This document shows positions 1-14,449 of a stretch of DNA of 64,000 bases, piece after piece. Numbering within the stretch: the first letter of the stretch is position 1; each line of letters starts with the position of its first letter. The translations under genes and the position numbers were made by a program. This stretch comes from Azolla caroliniana (lineage: Eukaryota > Plantae > Polypodiophyta), in assembly GCA_043228905.1 (NCBI GenBank), contig JBHGNT010000054.1:113554-177553 (forward strand), in the 5' to 3' direction. The notes beneath the pieces are model-generated. The model ran no database searches and was not told the DNA's origin. It saw only the letters and a program-made list of their open reading frames with translations.

Positions 1-3000
1 AAAAAGCCATTTTGAGGAAGGCGTAGACAAGAGCGCCTCAATGAATGAAAATGTTCATAGATTCCTCGTGTGATATCGGATTTTGGTGTTTAAACATGCG
101 AATCGAAGGTAACGAATCTAGCCATGATATGGAATTAAAAAATAAAGATTTTGATACTCATATCGAGAGACATGAAGAAAAAAGCAATTTTGAGGAAGGC
201 GTAGACAAGAGCGCCTCACTGACTGAATATGTTCATAGATGGCTCGTGTGATATCGGATTTTGGTGTTGAAACATGCGAATCGAAGGTAACGAATATAGC
301 CATGATATGGAATTGAAAAATCAAGATTTAAAAACTCTGGTCGAGAGACATAAAGAAAAAAGCAATTTTGAGGGAGGCGTAGACAAGAGCGCCTCACTGA
401 CTGAAAATGTTCATAGATGGCTTGTGTGATATCGGATTTTGGTGTTTAAACCTGCGAATCGAAGGTAACGAATATAGCCATGATATGGAATTGAAAAATC
501 AAGATTTAAAAACTCAGGTCCAGAGACATGAAGTAAAAAGCAAATTTAAGGAAGCCGTCGACAAGAGCGCCACAATGAATGAAAATGTTAATAGATTCCT
601 CGTGTGATATCGGATTTTGGTGTTTAAACATGCGAATCGAAGGTAACGAAACTAGCCATGATATGGAATTAAAAAATCAAGATTTTGAAACTCAAGTCGA
701 GAGACATGAAGAAAAAAGCCATTTTGAGGAAGGCGTAGACAAGAGCGCCTCACTGACTTAAAATGTTCCTAGATGGCTTGTGTGATATCAGATTTTGGTG
801 TTTAAACATGCGAATCGAAGGTAACGAATATAGCCATGATATGGAATTGAAAAATCAAGATTTAAAAACTCTGGTCAAGAGACATAAAGAAAAAAGCAAT
901 TTTGAGGAAGGCGTAGACAAGAGCGCCTCACTGACTGAAAATGTTCCTAGTTGGCTTGTGTGATATCGGATTTTGGTGTTTAAACCTGCGAATCGAAGGT
1001 AACGAAACTAGCGATGATATGGAATTGAAAAATCAAGATTTAAAAACTCAGGTCCAGAGACATGAAGTAAAAATCAAATTTAAGGAAGCCGTCGACAAGA
1101 GCGCCACAATGAATGAAAATGTTAATAGATTCCTCGTGTGATATCGGATTTTGGTGTTTAAACATGCGAATCGAAGGTAACGAAACTAGCCATGATATGG
1201 AATTAAAAAATCAAGATTTTGAAACTCAAGTCGAGAGACATGAAGGAAAAAGCCATTTTGAGGAAGGCGTAGACAAGAGCGCCATGATATGGAATTGAAA
1301 AATCAATATTTTGAAACTCAAGTCGAGAGACATGAAGAGAAAAGCAAATTTGAGGAAGGCGTAGACAAGAGCGCCTCAATGAATGAAAATGTTCATAGAA
1401 TCCTCGTGTGATATCGGATTTAGGTTTTTAAACATGCGAATCGAAGGTAACGAAACTAGCCATGATATGGAATTTAAATATCAAGATTTTGAAACTCAGG
1501 TCGAGAGAAGTGAAGAAAAAAGCAATTTTGAGGAAGGCGTAGACAAGTGCGCCTCACTGACTGAAAATGTTCATAGATGGCTCGTGTGATATCGGGTTTT
1601 GGTGTTTAAACATGCGAATTGAAGGTAACGAATATAGCCATGATATGGAATTGAAAAATCAAGATTTAAAAACTCAGGTCGAGAGACATAAAGTAAAAAG
1701 GAAATTTAAGGAAGGCGTCGACAAGAGCGCCTCAATGGATGAAAAGGTTCATAGATTCCTCGTGTGATATCGGATTTTGGTGTTTAAACATGCGAATCGA
1801 AGGTAACGAATCTAGCCATGATATGGAATTAAAAAATAAAGAATTTGATACTCATATCGAGAGACATGAAGAAAAAAGCAATTTTGAGGTAGGCGTAGAC
1901 AAGAGCGCCTCACTGACTAAAAATGTTCATAGATGGCTCGTGTGATATCGAATTTTGGTGTTTAAACATGCAAATCGAAGGTAACGAAACTAGCCATGAT
2001 ATCGAATTAAAAAATCAAGATTTTGCAACTCAGGTCGAGAGACATGAAGAAAAAAGCAATTTTGAGGAAGGCGTAGACAAGAGCGCCTCACTGACTGAAA
2101 ACGTTCATAGATGGCTTGTGTGATATCGGATTTTGGTGTTTAAACATGCGAATCGAAGGTAACGAATAAAGCCATGATATGGAATTGAAAAATCAAGATT
2201 TAAAAACTCAGGTCGAGAGACATAAAGTAAAAAGGAAATTTAAGGAAGGCGTCGACAAGAGCGCCTCAATGCATGAAAAGGTTCATAGATTCCTCGTGTG
2301 ATATCGGATTTTGGTGTTTAAACATGCGAATCGAAGGTAACGAATCTACCCATGATATGGAATTAAAAAATAAAGAATTTGATACTCATATCGAGAGACA
2401 TGAAGAAAAAAGCAATTTTGAGGTAGGCGTAGACAAGAGCGCCTCACTGACTAAAAATGTTCATAGAATCCTCGTGTGATATCGGATTTAGGTTTTTAAA
2501 CATGCGAATCGAAGGTAACGAAACTAGCCATGATATGGAATTAAAATATCAAGATTGTGAAACTCAGGTCGAGAGGATTGAAGAAAAAAGCAATTTTGAG
2601 GAAGGCGTAGACAAGTGCGCCTCACTGACTGAAAATGTTCATAGATGGCTCGTGTGATATCGGGTTTTGGTGTTTAAACATGCGAACTGAAGGTAACGAA
2701 TATAGCCATGATATGGAATTGAAAAATCAAGATTTAAAAACTCAGGTCGAGAGACATAAAGTAAAAAGGAAATTTAAGGAAGGCGTCGACAAGAGCGCCT
2801 CAATGGATGAAAAGGTTCATAGATTCCTCGTGTGATATCGGATTTTGGTGTTTAAACATGCGAATCGAAGGTAACGAATCTAGCCATGATATGGAATTAA
2901 AAAATAAAGAATTTGATACTCATATCGAGAGACATGAAGAAAAAAGCAATTTTGAGGTAGGCGTAGACAAGAGCGCCTCACTGACTAAAAATGTTCATAG

Positions 3001-6000
3001 ATGGCTCGTGTGATATCGAATTTTGGTGTTTAAACATGCAAATCGAAGGTAACGAAACTAGCCATGATATCGAATTAAAAAATCAAGATTTTGCAACTCA
3101 GGTCGAGAGACATGATGAAAAAAGCAATTTTGAGGAAGGCGTAGACAAGAGCGCCTCACTGACTGAAAATGTTCATAGATGGCTTGTGTGATATCGGATT
3201 TTGGTGTTTAAACATGCGAATCGAAGGTAACGAATATAGCCACGACATGGAATTGAAAAATCAAGATTTTGAAACTCAAGTCGAGAGACATAAAGTAAAA
3301 AGCAAATTTAAGGAAGGTGTCGACAAGAGCGCCTCACTGACTGAAAATGTTCATAGATGGCTTGTGTGATATCGGATTTTGGTGTTTAAACATACGAATC
3401 GAAGGTAACGAAACTAGCCATGATATGGAATTGAAAAATGAAGATTTAAAAACTCAGGTCCAGAGACATGAAGTAAAAAGCAAATTTAAGGAAGCCGTCG
3501 ACAAGAGCGCCACAATGAATGAAAATGTTAATAGATGGCTCGTGTGATATCGGATTTTGGTGTTTAAACATGCGAATCGAAGGTAACGAATATAGCCATG
3601 ATATGGAATTAAAAAATAAAGATTTTGAATCTCAGGTCGAGAGACATGAAGAAAAAAGCAATTTTGAGGAAGGCGTAGACAAGAGCGCCTCACTGACTGA
3701 AAATGTTCATAGATTCCTCGTGTGATATCATATTTTGGTGTTTAAACATGCGAATCGAAGGTAACGAATATAGCCATGATATGGAATTGAAAAAATCAAG
3801 ATTTAAAAACTCAGGTCGAGAGACATAAAGTAAAAAGCAAATTTAAGGAAGGTGTCGACAAGAGCGCCACAATGAATGAAAATGCTCATAGATTGCTCGT
3901 GTGATATCGGATTTTGGTGTTTAAACATGCGAATCGAAGGTAACGAATATAGCCATGATATGGAATTGAAAAATCAAGATTTAAAAACTCTGGTCGAGAG
4001 ACATGAAGTGAAAAGCAAATTTAAGGAAGGCGTAGACAAGAGCGCCTCAATGGATGAAAATGTTCCTAGATGGCTTGTGTGATATCGGATTTTGGTGTTT
4101 AAACATGCGAATCGAAGGTAACGAAACTAGCCATGATATCGAATTAAAAAATCAAGATTTTGCAACTCAGGTCGAGAGACATGAAGAAAAAAGCAATTTT
4201 GAGGAAGGCGTAGACAAGAGCGCCTCACTGACTGAAAATGTTCATAGATGGCTTGTGTGATATCGGATTTTGGTGTTTAAACATACTAATCGAAGGTAAC
4301 GAATAAAGCCATGATATGGAATTGAAAAATCAAGATTTAAAAACTCAGGTCCAGAGACATAAAGAGAAAAGCAAATTTGAGGAAGGCGTAGACAAGAGCG
4401 CCTCACTGAATGAAAATGTTCATAGATGGCTTGTGTGATATCGGATTTTGGTGTTTAAACATGCGAATCGAAGGTAACGAATATAGCCATGATATGGAAT
4501 TGAAAAATCAAGATTTAAAAACTTTGGTCGAGAGACATGAAGTGAAAAGCAAATTTAAGGAAGGCATAGACAAGAGCGCCTCAATGGATGAAAATGTTCA
4601 TAGATTCCTCGTGTGATATCATATTTTGGTGTTTAAACATGCGAATCGAAGGTAACGAATATAGCCATGATATGGAATTGAAAAAATCAAGATTTAAAAA
4701 CTCAGGTCGAGAGACATAAAGTAAAAAGCAAATTTAAGGAAGGTGTCGACAAGAGCGCCACAATGAATGAAAATGCTCATAGATTGCTCGTGTGATATCG
4801 GATTTTGGTGTTTAAACATGCGAATCGAAGGTAACGAATATAGCCATGATATGGAATTGAAAAATCAAGATTTAAAAACTCTGGTCGAGAGACATGAAGT
4901 GAAAAGCAAATTTAAGGAAGGCGTAGACAAGAGCGCCTCAATGGATGAAAATGTTCATAGATTCCTCGTGTGATATCGGATTTTGGTGTTTAAACATGCG
5001 AATCGAAGGTAACGAATATAGCCATGATATGGAATTAAAAAATAAAGATTTTGAAACTCAGGTCGAGAGACATGAAGAAAAAAGCAATTTTGAGGAAGGC
5101 GTCGACAAGAGCGCCACAATGAATGAAAATGCTCATAGATGGCTCGTGTGATATCGGATTTTATTGTTTAAACATGCGAATCGAAGGTAACGAATCTAGC
5201 CATGATATGGAATTAAAAAATCAAGATTTTGAAACTCAAGTGGAGAGACATGAAGGAAAAAGCAAATTTGAGGAAGCCGTCGACAAGAGCGCCACAATGA
5301 ATGAAAATGTTAATAGATTCCTCATGTGATATCGGATTTTGGTGTTTAAACATGCGAATCGAAGGTAACGAATCTAGCCATGATATGGAATTAAAAAATA
5401 AAGAATTTGATACTCATATCGAGAGACATGAAGAAAAATGCAATTTTGAGGTAGGCGTAGACAAGAGCGCCTCACTGACTAAAAATGTTCATAGATGGCT
5501 CGTTTGATATCGGATTTTGGTGTTTAAACATGCAAATCGAAGGTACCGAAACTAGCCATGATATCGAATTAAAAAATCAAGATTTTGCAACTCAGGTCGA
5601 GAGACATGAAGAAAAAAGCAATTTTGAGGAAGGCGTAGACAAGAGCGCCTCACTGACTGAAAATGTTCCTAGATGGCTTGTGTGATATCGGATTTTGGTG
5701 TTTAAACATGCGAATCGAAGGTAACGAATATAGCCATGATATGGAATTGAAAAATCAAGATTTAAAAACTCAGGTCGAGAGACATAAAGAAAAAAGCAAT
5801 TTTGAGGAAGGCGTAGACAAGAGCGCCTCACTGACTGAAAATGTTCCTAGATGGCTTGTGTGATATCGGATTTTGGTGTTTAAACCTGCGAATCGAAGGT
5901 AACGAATATAGCCATGATATGGAATTGAAAAATCAAGATTTAAAAACTCAGGTCCAGAGACATGAAGTAAAAAGCAAATTTAAGGAAGCTGTCGACATGA

Positions 6001-6399
6001 GCGCCTCACTGACTAAAAATGTTCATAGATGGCTCGTCTGATATCGGGTTTTGGTGTTTAAACATGCGAATTGAAGGTAACGAATATAGCCATGATATGG
6101 AATTGAAAAATAAAGATTTAAAAACTCAGGTCGAGAGACATAAAGTAAAAACGAAATTTAAGGAAGGCGTCGACAAGAGCGCCTCAATGGATGAAAAGGT
6201 TCATAGATTCCTCGTGTGATATCGGATTTTGGTGTTTAAACATGCGAATCGAAGGTAACGAATATAGCCATGATATGGAATTAAAAAATAAAGAATTTGA
6301 TACTCATATCGAGAGACATGAAGAAAAAAGCAATTTTGAGGTAGGCGGAGACAAGAGCGCCTCACTGACTAAAAATGTTCATAGATGGCTCGTGTGATA

Positions 6400-9300
6400 T
6401 CGAATTTTGGTGTTTAAACATGCAAATCGAAGGTAACGAAACTAGCCATGATATCGAATTAAAAAATCAAGATTTTGCAACTCAGGTCGAGAGACATGAT
6501 GAAAAAAGCAATTTTGAGGAAGGCGTAGACAAGAGCGCCTCACTGACTGAAAATGTTCATAGATGGCTTGTGTGATATCGGATTTTGGTGTTTAAACATG
6601 CGAATCGAAGGTAACGAATAAAGCCATGATATGGAATTGAAAAATCAAGATTTAAAACTCAGGTCGAGAGACATAAAGAAAAAAGCAATTTTGAGGAAGG
6701 CATAGACAAGAGCGCCTCACTGACTGAAAATGTTCATAGATGGCTTGTGTGATATCGGATTTTGGTGTTTAAACATGCGAATCGAAGGTAACGAAACTAG
6801 CCATGATATGGAATTGAAAAATGAAGATTTAAAAACTCAGCTCCAGAGACATGAAGTAAAAAGCAAATTTAAGGAAGTCGTCGACAAGAGCGCCACAATG
6901 AATGAAAATGTTAATAGATGGCTCGTGTGATATCGGATTTTGGTGTTTAAACATGCGAATCGAAGGTAACGAAACTAGCCATGATATGGAATTAAAAAAT
7001 CAAGATTTTCAAACTCAAGTCGAGAGACATGAAGAAAAAAGCAATTTTGAGGAAGGCGTAGACAAGTGCGCCTCACTGACTGAAAATGTTCATAGATGGC
7101 TCGTGTGATATCGGATTTTGGTGTTTAAACATGCGAATCGAAGGTAACGAATATAGCCACGACATGGAATTGAAAAATCAAGATTTTGAAACTCAAGTCG
7201 AGAGACATGAAGAAAAAAGCAATTTTGAGGAAGGCGTAGAGAAGAGCGCCTCACTGACTTAAAATGTTCCTAGTCGGCTTGTGTGATATCGGATTTTGGT
7301 GTTTAAACATGCGAATCGAAGGTAACGAAATTAGCCATGATATCGAATTAAAAAATCAAGATTTTGCAACTCAGGTCGAGAGACATGAAGAAAAAAGCAA
7401 TTTTGAGGAAGGCGTAGACAAGAGCGCCTCACTGACTGAAAATGTTCATAGATGGCTTGTGTGATATCGGATTTTGGTGTTTAAACATGCGAATCGAAGG
7501 TAACAAAACTAGCCATGATATGGAATTGAAAAATGAAGATTTAAATACTCAGGTCCAGAGACATGAAGTAAAAAGCAAATTTAAGGAAGCCGTCGACAAG
7601 AGCGCCAGAATGAATGAAAATGTTAATAGATGGCTCGTGTGATATCGGATTTTGGTGTTTAAACATGCGAATCGAAGGTAACGAAACTAGCCATGATATG
7701 GAATTAAAAAATCAAGATTTTCAAACTCAAGTCGAGAGACATGAAGAAAAAAGCAATTTTGAGGAAGGCGTAGACAAGTGCGCCTCACTGACTGAAAATG
7801 TTCATAGATGGCTCGTGTGATATCGGATTTTGGTGTTTAAACATGCGAATCGAAGGTAACGAATATAGCCACGACATGGAATTGAAAAATCAAGATTTTG
7901 AAACTCAAGTCGAGAGACATGAAGAAAAAAGCAATTTTGAGGAAGGCGTAGACAAGAGCGCCTCACTGACTTAAAATGTTCCTAGATGGCTTGTGTGATA
8001 TCGGATTTTGGTGTTTAAACATGCGAATCGAAGGTAACGAAACTAGCCATGATATCGAATTAAAAAATCAAGATTTTGCAACTCAGGTCGAGAGACATGA
8101 TGAAAAAAGCAATTTTGAGGAAGGCGTAGACAAGAGCGCCTCACTGACTGAAAATGTTCATAGATGGCTTGTGTGATATCGGATTTTGGTGTTTAAACAT
8201 GCGAATCGAAGGTAACGAATAAAGCCATGATATGGAATTGAAAAATCAAGATTTAAAAACTCAGGTCGAGAGACATAAAGAAAAAAGCAATTTTGAGGAA
8301 GGCGTAGACAAGAGCGCCTCACTGACTGAAAATGTTCATAGATGGCTTGTGTGATATCGGATTTTGGTGTTTAAACATGCGAATCGAAGGTAACGAAACT
8401 AGCCATGATATGGAATTGAAAAATGAAGATTTAAAAACTCAGGTCCAGAGACATGAAGTAAAAAGCAAATTTAAGGAAGCCGTCGACAAGAGCGCCACAA
8501 TGAATGAAAATGTTAATAGATGGCTCGTGTGATATCGGATTTTGGTGTTTAAACATGCGAATCGAAGGTAACGAATATAGCCACGACATGGAATTGAAAA
8601 ATCAAGATTTTGAAACTCAAGTCGAGAGACATGAAGAAAAAAGCAATTTTGAGGAAGGCGTAGACAAGAGCGCCTCACTGACTTAAAATGTTCCTAGATG
8701 GCTTGTGTGATATCGGATTTTGGTGTTTAAACATGCGAATCGAAGGTAACGAAACTAGCCATGATATCGAATTAAAAAATCAAGATTTTGCAACTCAGGT
8801 CGAGAGACATGATGAAAAAAGCAATTTTGAGGAAGGCGTAGACAAGAGCGCCTCACTGACTGAAAATGTTCATAGATGGCTTGTGTGATATCGGATTTTG
8901 GTGTTTAAACATGCGAATCGAAGGTAACGAATAAAGCCATGATATGGAATTGAAAAATCAAGATTTAAAAACTCAGGTCGAGAGACATAAAGAAAAAAGC
9001 AATTTTGAGGAAGGCGTAGACAAGAGCGCCTCACTGACTGAAAATGTTCATAGATGGCTTGTGTGATATCGGATTTTGGTGTTTAAACATGCGAATCGAA
9101 GGTAACGAAACTAGCCATGATATGGAATTGAAAAATGAAGATTTAAAAACTCAGGTCCAGAGACATGAAGTAAAAAGCAAATTTAAGGAAGCCGTCGACA
9201 AGAGCGCCACAATGAATGAAAATGTTAATAGATGGCTCGTGTGATATCGGATTTTGGTGTTTAAACATGCGAATCGAAGGTAACGAAACTAGCCATGATA

Positions 9301-10600
9301 TGGAATTAAAAAATCAAGATTTTCAAACTCAAGTCGAGAGACATGAAGAAAAAAGCAATTTTGAGGAAGGCGTAGACAAGTGCGCCTCACTGACTGAAAA
9401 TGTTCATAGATGGCTCGTGTGATATCGGATTTTGGTGTTTAAACATGCGAATCGAAGGTAACGAATATAGCCACGACATGGAATTGAAAAATCAAGATTT
9501 TGAAACTCAAGTCGAGAGACATGAAGAAAAAAGCAATTTTGAGGAAGGCGTAGAGAAGAGCGCCTCACTGACTTAAAATGTTCCTAGATGGCTTGTGTGA
9601 TATCGGATTTTGGTGTTTAAACATGCGAATCGAAGGTAACGAAATTAGCCATGATATCGAATTAAAAAATCAAGATTTTGCAACTCAGGTCGAGAGACAT
9701 GAAGAAAAAAGCAATTTTGAGGAAGGCGTAGACAAGAGCGCCTCACTGACTGAAAATGTTCATAGATGGCTTGTGTGATATCGGATTTTGGTGTTTAAAC
9801 ATGCGAATCGAAGGTAACGAAACTAGCCATGATATGGAATTGAAAAATGAAGATTTAAATACTCAGGTCCAGAGACATGAAGTAAAAAGCAAATTTAAGG
9901 AAGCCGTCGACAAGAGCGCCAGAATGAATGAAAATGTTAATAGATGGCTCGTGTGATATCGGATTTTGGTGTTTAAACATGCGAATCGAAGGTAACGAAA
10001 CTAGCCATGATATGGATTTAAAAAATCAAGATTTTCAAACTCAAGTCGAGAGACATGAAGAAAAAAGCAATTTTGAGGAAGGCGTAGACAAGTGCGCCTC
10101 ACTGACTGAAAATGTTCATAGATGGCTCGTGTGATATCGGATTTTGGTGTTTAAACATGCGAATCGAAGGTAACGAATATAGCCACGACATGGAATTGAA
10201 AAATCAAGATTTTGAAACTCAAGTCGAGAGACATGAAGAAAAAAGCAATTTTGAGGAAGGCGTAGACAAGAGCGCCTCACTGACTTAAAATGTTCCTAGA
10301 TGGCTTGTGTGATATCGGATTTTGGTGTTTAAACATGCGAATCGAAGGTAACGAAACTAGCCATGATATCGAATTAAAAAATCAAGATTTTGCAACTCAG
10401 GTCGAGAGACATGATGAAAAAAGCAATTTTGAGGAAGGCGTAGACAAGAGCGCCTCACTGACTGAAAATGTTCATAGATGGCTTGTGTGATATCGGATTT
10501 TGGTGTTTAAACATGCGAATCGAAGGTAACGAATAAAGCCATGATATGGAATTGAAAAATCAAGATTTAAAAACTCAGGTCCAGAGACATAAAGAGAAAA
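6400..10600 (+). repeat. Local HOR domain: 4/5-monomer units and a 13-monomer (2314 bp) tandem duplication
   Basis: The diagnostic variant gacttaaaatgttcc occurs at ~7260, 7972, 8684, 9574 and 10286 (spacing 712, 712, 890, 712). Matching monomers 6730/9044, 7264/9578, 7442/9756 and 7976/10290 are all offset by 2314 = 13x178. Confidence 0.85.
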
Positions 10601-13600
10601 GCAAATTTGAGGAAGGCGTAGACAAGAGCGCCTCACTGAATGAAAATGTTCATAGATGGCTTGTGTGATATCGGATTTTGGTGTTTAAACATGCGAATCG
10701 AAGGTAACGAATATAGCCACGACATGGAATTGAAAAATCAAGATTTTGAAACTCAAGTCGAGAGACATAAAGTAAAAAGCAAATTTAAGGAAGGTGTCGA
10801 CAAGAGCGCCACAATGAATGAAAATGCACATAGATTGCTCGTGTGATATCGGATTTTGGTGTTTAAACATGCGAATCGAAGGTAACGAATATAGCCATGA
10901 TATGGAATTGAAAAATCAAGATTTAAAAACTCTGGTCGAGAGACATGAAGTGAAAAGCAAATTTACGGAAGGCGTAGACAAGAGCGCCTCAATGGATAAA
11001 AATGTTCATAGATTCCTCGTGTGATATCGGATTTTGGTGTTTAAACATGCGAATCGAAGGTAACGAATATAGCCATGATATGGAATTAAAAAATAAAGAT
11101 TTTGAAACTCAGGTCGAGAGACATGAAGAAAAAAGCAATTTTGAGGAAGGCGTCGACAAGAGCGCCACAATGAATGAAAATGATCATAGATTGCTCGTGT
11201 GATATCGGATTTTGTTGTTTAAACATGCGAATCGAAGGTAACGAATCTAGCCATGATATGGAATTAAAAAATCAAGATTTTGAAACTCAAGTGGAGAGAC
11301 ATGAAGGAAAAAGCAAATTTGAGGAAGCCGTCGACAAGAGCGCCACAATGAATGAAAATGTTAATAGATTCCTCATGTGATATCGGATTTTGGTGTTTAA
11401 ACATGCGAATCGAAGGTAACGAATCTAGCCATGATATAGAATTGAAAAATCAAGATTTAAAAACTCAGGTCGAGAGACATAAAGAAAAAAGCAATTTTGA
11501 GGAAGGCGTAGACAAGAGCGCCTCACTGACTCAAAATGTTCCTAGATGGCTTGTGTGATATCGGATTTTGGTGTTTAAACCTGCGAATCGAAGGTAACGA
11601 ATATAGCCATGATATGGAATTGAAAAATCAAGATTTAAAAACTCAGGTCCAGAGACATGAAGTAAAAAGCAAATTTAAGGAAGCCGTCGACAAGAGCGCC
11701 TCACTGACTAAAAATGTTCATAGATGGCTCGTGTGATATCGGGTTTTGGTGTTTAAACATGCGAATTGAAGGTAACGAATATAGCCATGATATGGAATTG
11801 AAAAATCAAGATTTAAAAACTCAGGTCGAGAGACATAAAGTAAAAAGGAAATTTAAGGAAGGCGTCGACAAGAGCGCCTCAATGGATGAAAAGGTTCATA
11901 GATTCCTCGTGTGATATCGGATTTTGGTGTTTAAACATGCGAATCGAAGGTAACGAATATAGCCATGATATGGAATTAAAAAATCAAGATTTAAAAACTC
12001 AGGTCCAGAGACATGAAGTAAAAAGCAAATTTAAGGAAGGCGTAGACAAGAGCGCCTCAATGGATAAAAATGTTCATAGATTCCTCGTGTGATATCGGAT
12101 TTTGGTGTTTAAACATGCGAATCGAAGGTAACGAATATAGCCATGATATGGAATTAAAAAATAAAGATTTTGAAACTCAGGTCGAGAGACATGAAGAAAA
12201 AAGCAATTTTGAGGAAGGCGTAGACAAGAGCGCCTCACTGACTGAAAATGTTCCTAGATGCCTTGTGTGATATCGGATTTTGGTGTTTAAACCTGCGAAT
12301 CGAAGGTAACGAATATAGCCATGATATGGAATTGAAAAATGAAGATTTAAAAACTCAGGTCCAGAGACATGAAGTAAAAAGCAAATTTAAGGAAGCCGTC
12401 GACAAGAGCGCCACAATGAATGAAAATGTTAATAGATGGCTCGTGTGATATCGGATTTTGGTGTTTAAACATGCGAATCGAAGGTAACGAAACTAGCCAT
12501 GATATGGAATTAAAAAATCAAGATTTTCAAACTCAAGTCGAGAGACATGAAGAAAAAAGCAATTTTGAGGCAGGCGTAGACAAGTGCGCCTCACTGACTG
12601 AAAATGTTCCTAGATGGCTTGTGTGATATCGGATTTTGGTGTTTAAACATGCGAATCGAAGGTAACGAATATAGCCATGATATGGAATTGAAAAATCAAG
12701 ATTTAAAAACTCTGGTCAAGAGACATAAAGAAAAAAGCAATTTTGAGGAAGGCGTAGACAAGAGCGCCTCACTGACTGACAATGTTCCTAGATGGCTTGT
12801 GTGATATCGGATTTTGGTGTTTAAACATGCGAATCGAAGGTAACGAATATAGCCATGATATGGAATTGAAAAATCAAGATTTAAAAACTCAGGTCCAGAG
12901 ACATGAAGTAAAAAGCAAATTTAAGGAAGCCGTCGACAAGAGCGCCACAATGAATGAAAATGCTCATAGATGGCTCGTGTGATATCGGATTTTGTTGTTT
13001 AAACATGCGAATCGAAGGTAACGAATCTAGCCATGATATGGAATTAAAAAATCAAGATTTTGAAACTCAAGTGGAGAGACATGAAGGAAAAAGCAAATTT
13101 GAGGAAGCCGTCGACAAGAGCGCCACAATGAATGAAAATGTTAATAGATTCCTCATGTGATATCGGATTTTGGTGTTTAAACATGCGAATCGAAGGTAAC
13201 GAATCTAGCCATGATATGGAATTAAAAAATAAAGAATTTGATACTCATATCGAGAGACATGAAGAAAAATGCAATTTTGAGGTAGGCGTAGACAAGAGCG
13301 CCTCACTGACTAAAAATGTTCATAGATGGCTCGTTTGATATCGGATTTTGGTGTTTAAACATGCAAATCGAAGGTACCGAAACTAGCCATGATATCGAAT
13401 TAAAAAATCAAGATTTTGCAACTCAGGTCGAGAGACATGAAGAAAAAAGCAATTTTGAGGAAGGCGTAGACAAGAGCGCCTCACTGACTGAAAATATTCC
13501 TAGATGGCTTGTGTGATATCGGATTTAGGTTTTTAAACATGCGAATCGAAGGTAACGAAACTAGCCATGATATGGAATTAAAATATCAAGATTGTGAAAC

Positions 13601-14449
13601 TCAGGTCGAGAGAAGTGAAGAAAAAAGCAATTTTGAGGAAGGCGTAGACAAGTGCGCCTCACTGACTGAAAATGTTCATAGATGGCTCGTGTGATATCGG
13701 GTTTTGGTGTTTAAACATGCGAATTGAAGGTAACGAATATAGCCATGATATGGAATTGAAAAATCAAGATTTAAAAACTCAGGTCGAGAGACATAAAGTA
13801 AAAAGGAAATTTAAGGAAGGCGTCGACAAGAGCGCCTCAATGGATGAAAAGGTTCATAGATTCCTCGTGTGATATCGGATTTTGGTGTTTAAACATGCGA
13901 ATCGAAGGTAACGAATCTAGCCATGATATGGAATTAAAAAATAAAGAATTTGATACTCATATCGAGAGACATAAAGAAAAAAGCAAATTTAAGGAAGCCG
14001 TCGACAAGTGCGCCTCACTGACTGAAAATGTTCATAGATGGCTCGTGTGATATCGGGTTTTGGTGTTTAAACATGCGAATTGAAGGTAACGAATATAGCC
14101 ATGATATGGAATTGAAAAATCAAGATTTAAAAACTCAGGTCGAGAGACATAAAGTAAAAAGGAAATTTAAGGAAGGCGTCGACAAGAGCGCCTCAATGGA
14201 TGAAAAGGTTCATAGATTCCTCGTGTGATATCGGATTTTGGTGTTTAAACATGCGAATCGAAGGTAACGAATCTAGCCATGATATGGAATTAAAAAATAA
14301 AGAATTTGATACTCATATCGAGAGACATGAAGAAAAAAGCAATTTTGAGGTAGGCGTAGACAAGAGCGCCTCACTGACTAAAAATGTTCATAGATGGCTC
14401 GTTTGATATCGGATTTTGGTGTTTAAACATGCAAATCGAAGGTACCGAA

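Noticed and set aside
1415-1432. Telomere-like ggatttaggttttt variant inside some monomers
   Set aside because: It is two substitutions from the consensus ggattttggtgttt, is not a full TTTAGGG, and is not the site where the telomere was added.
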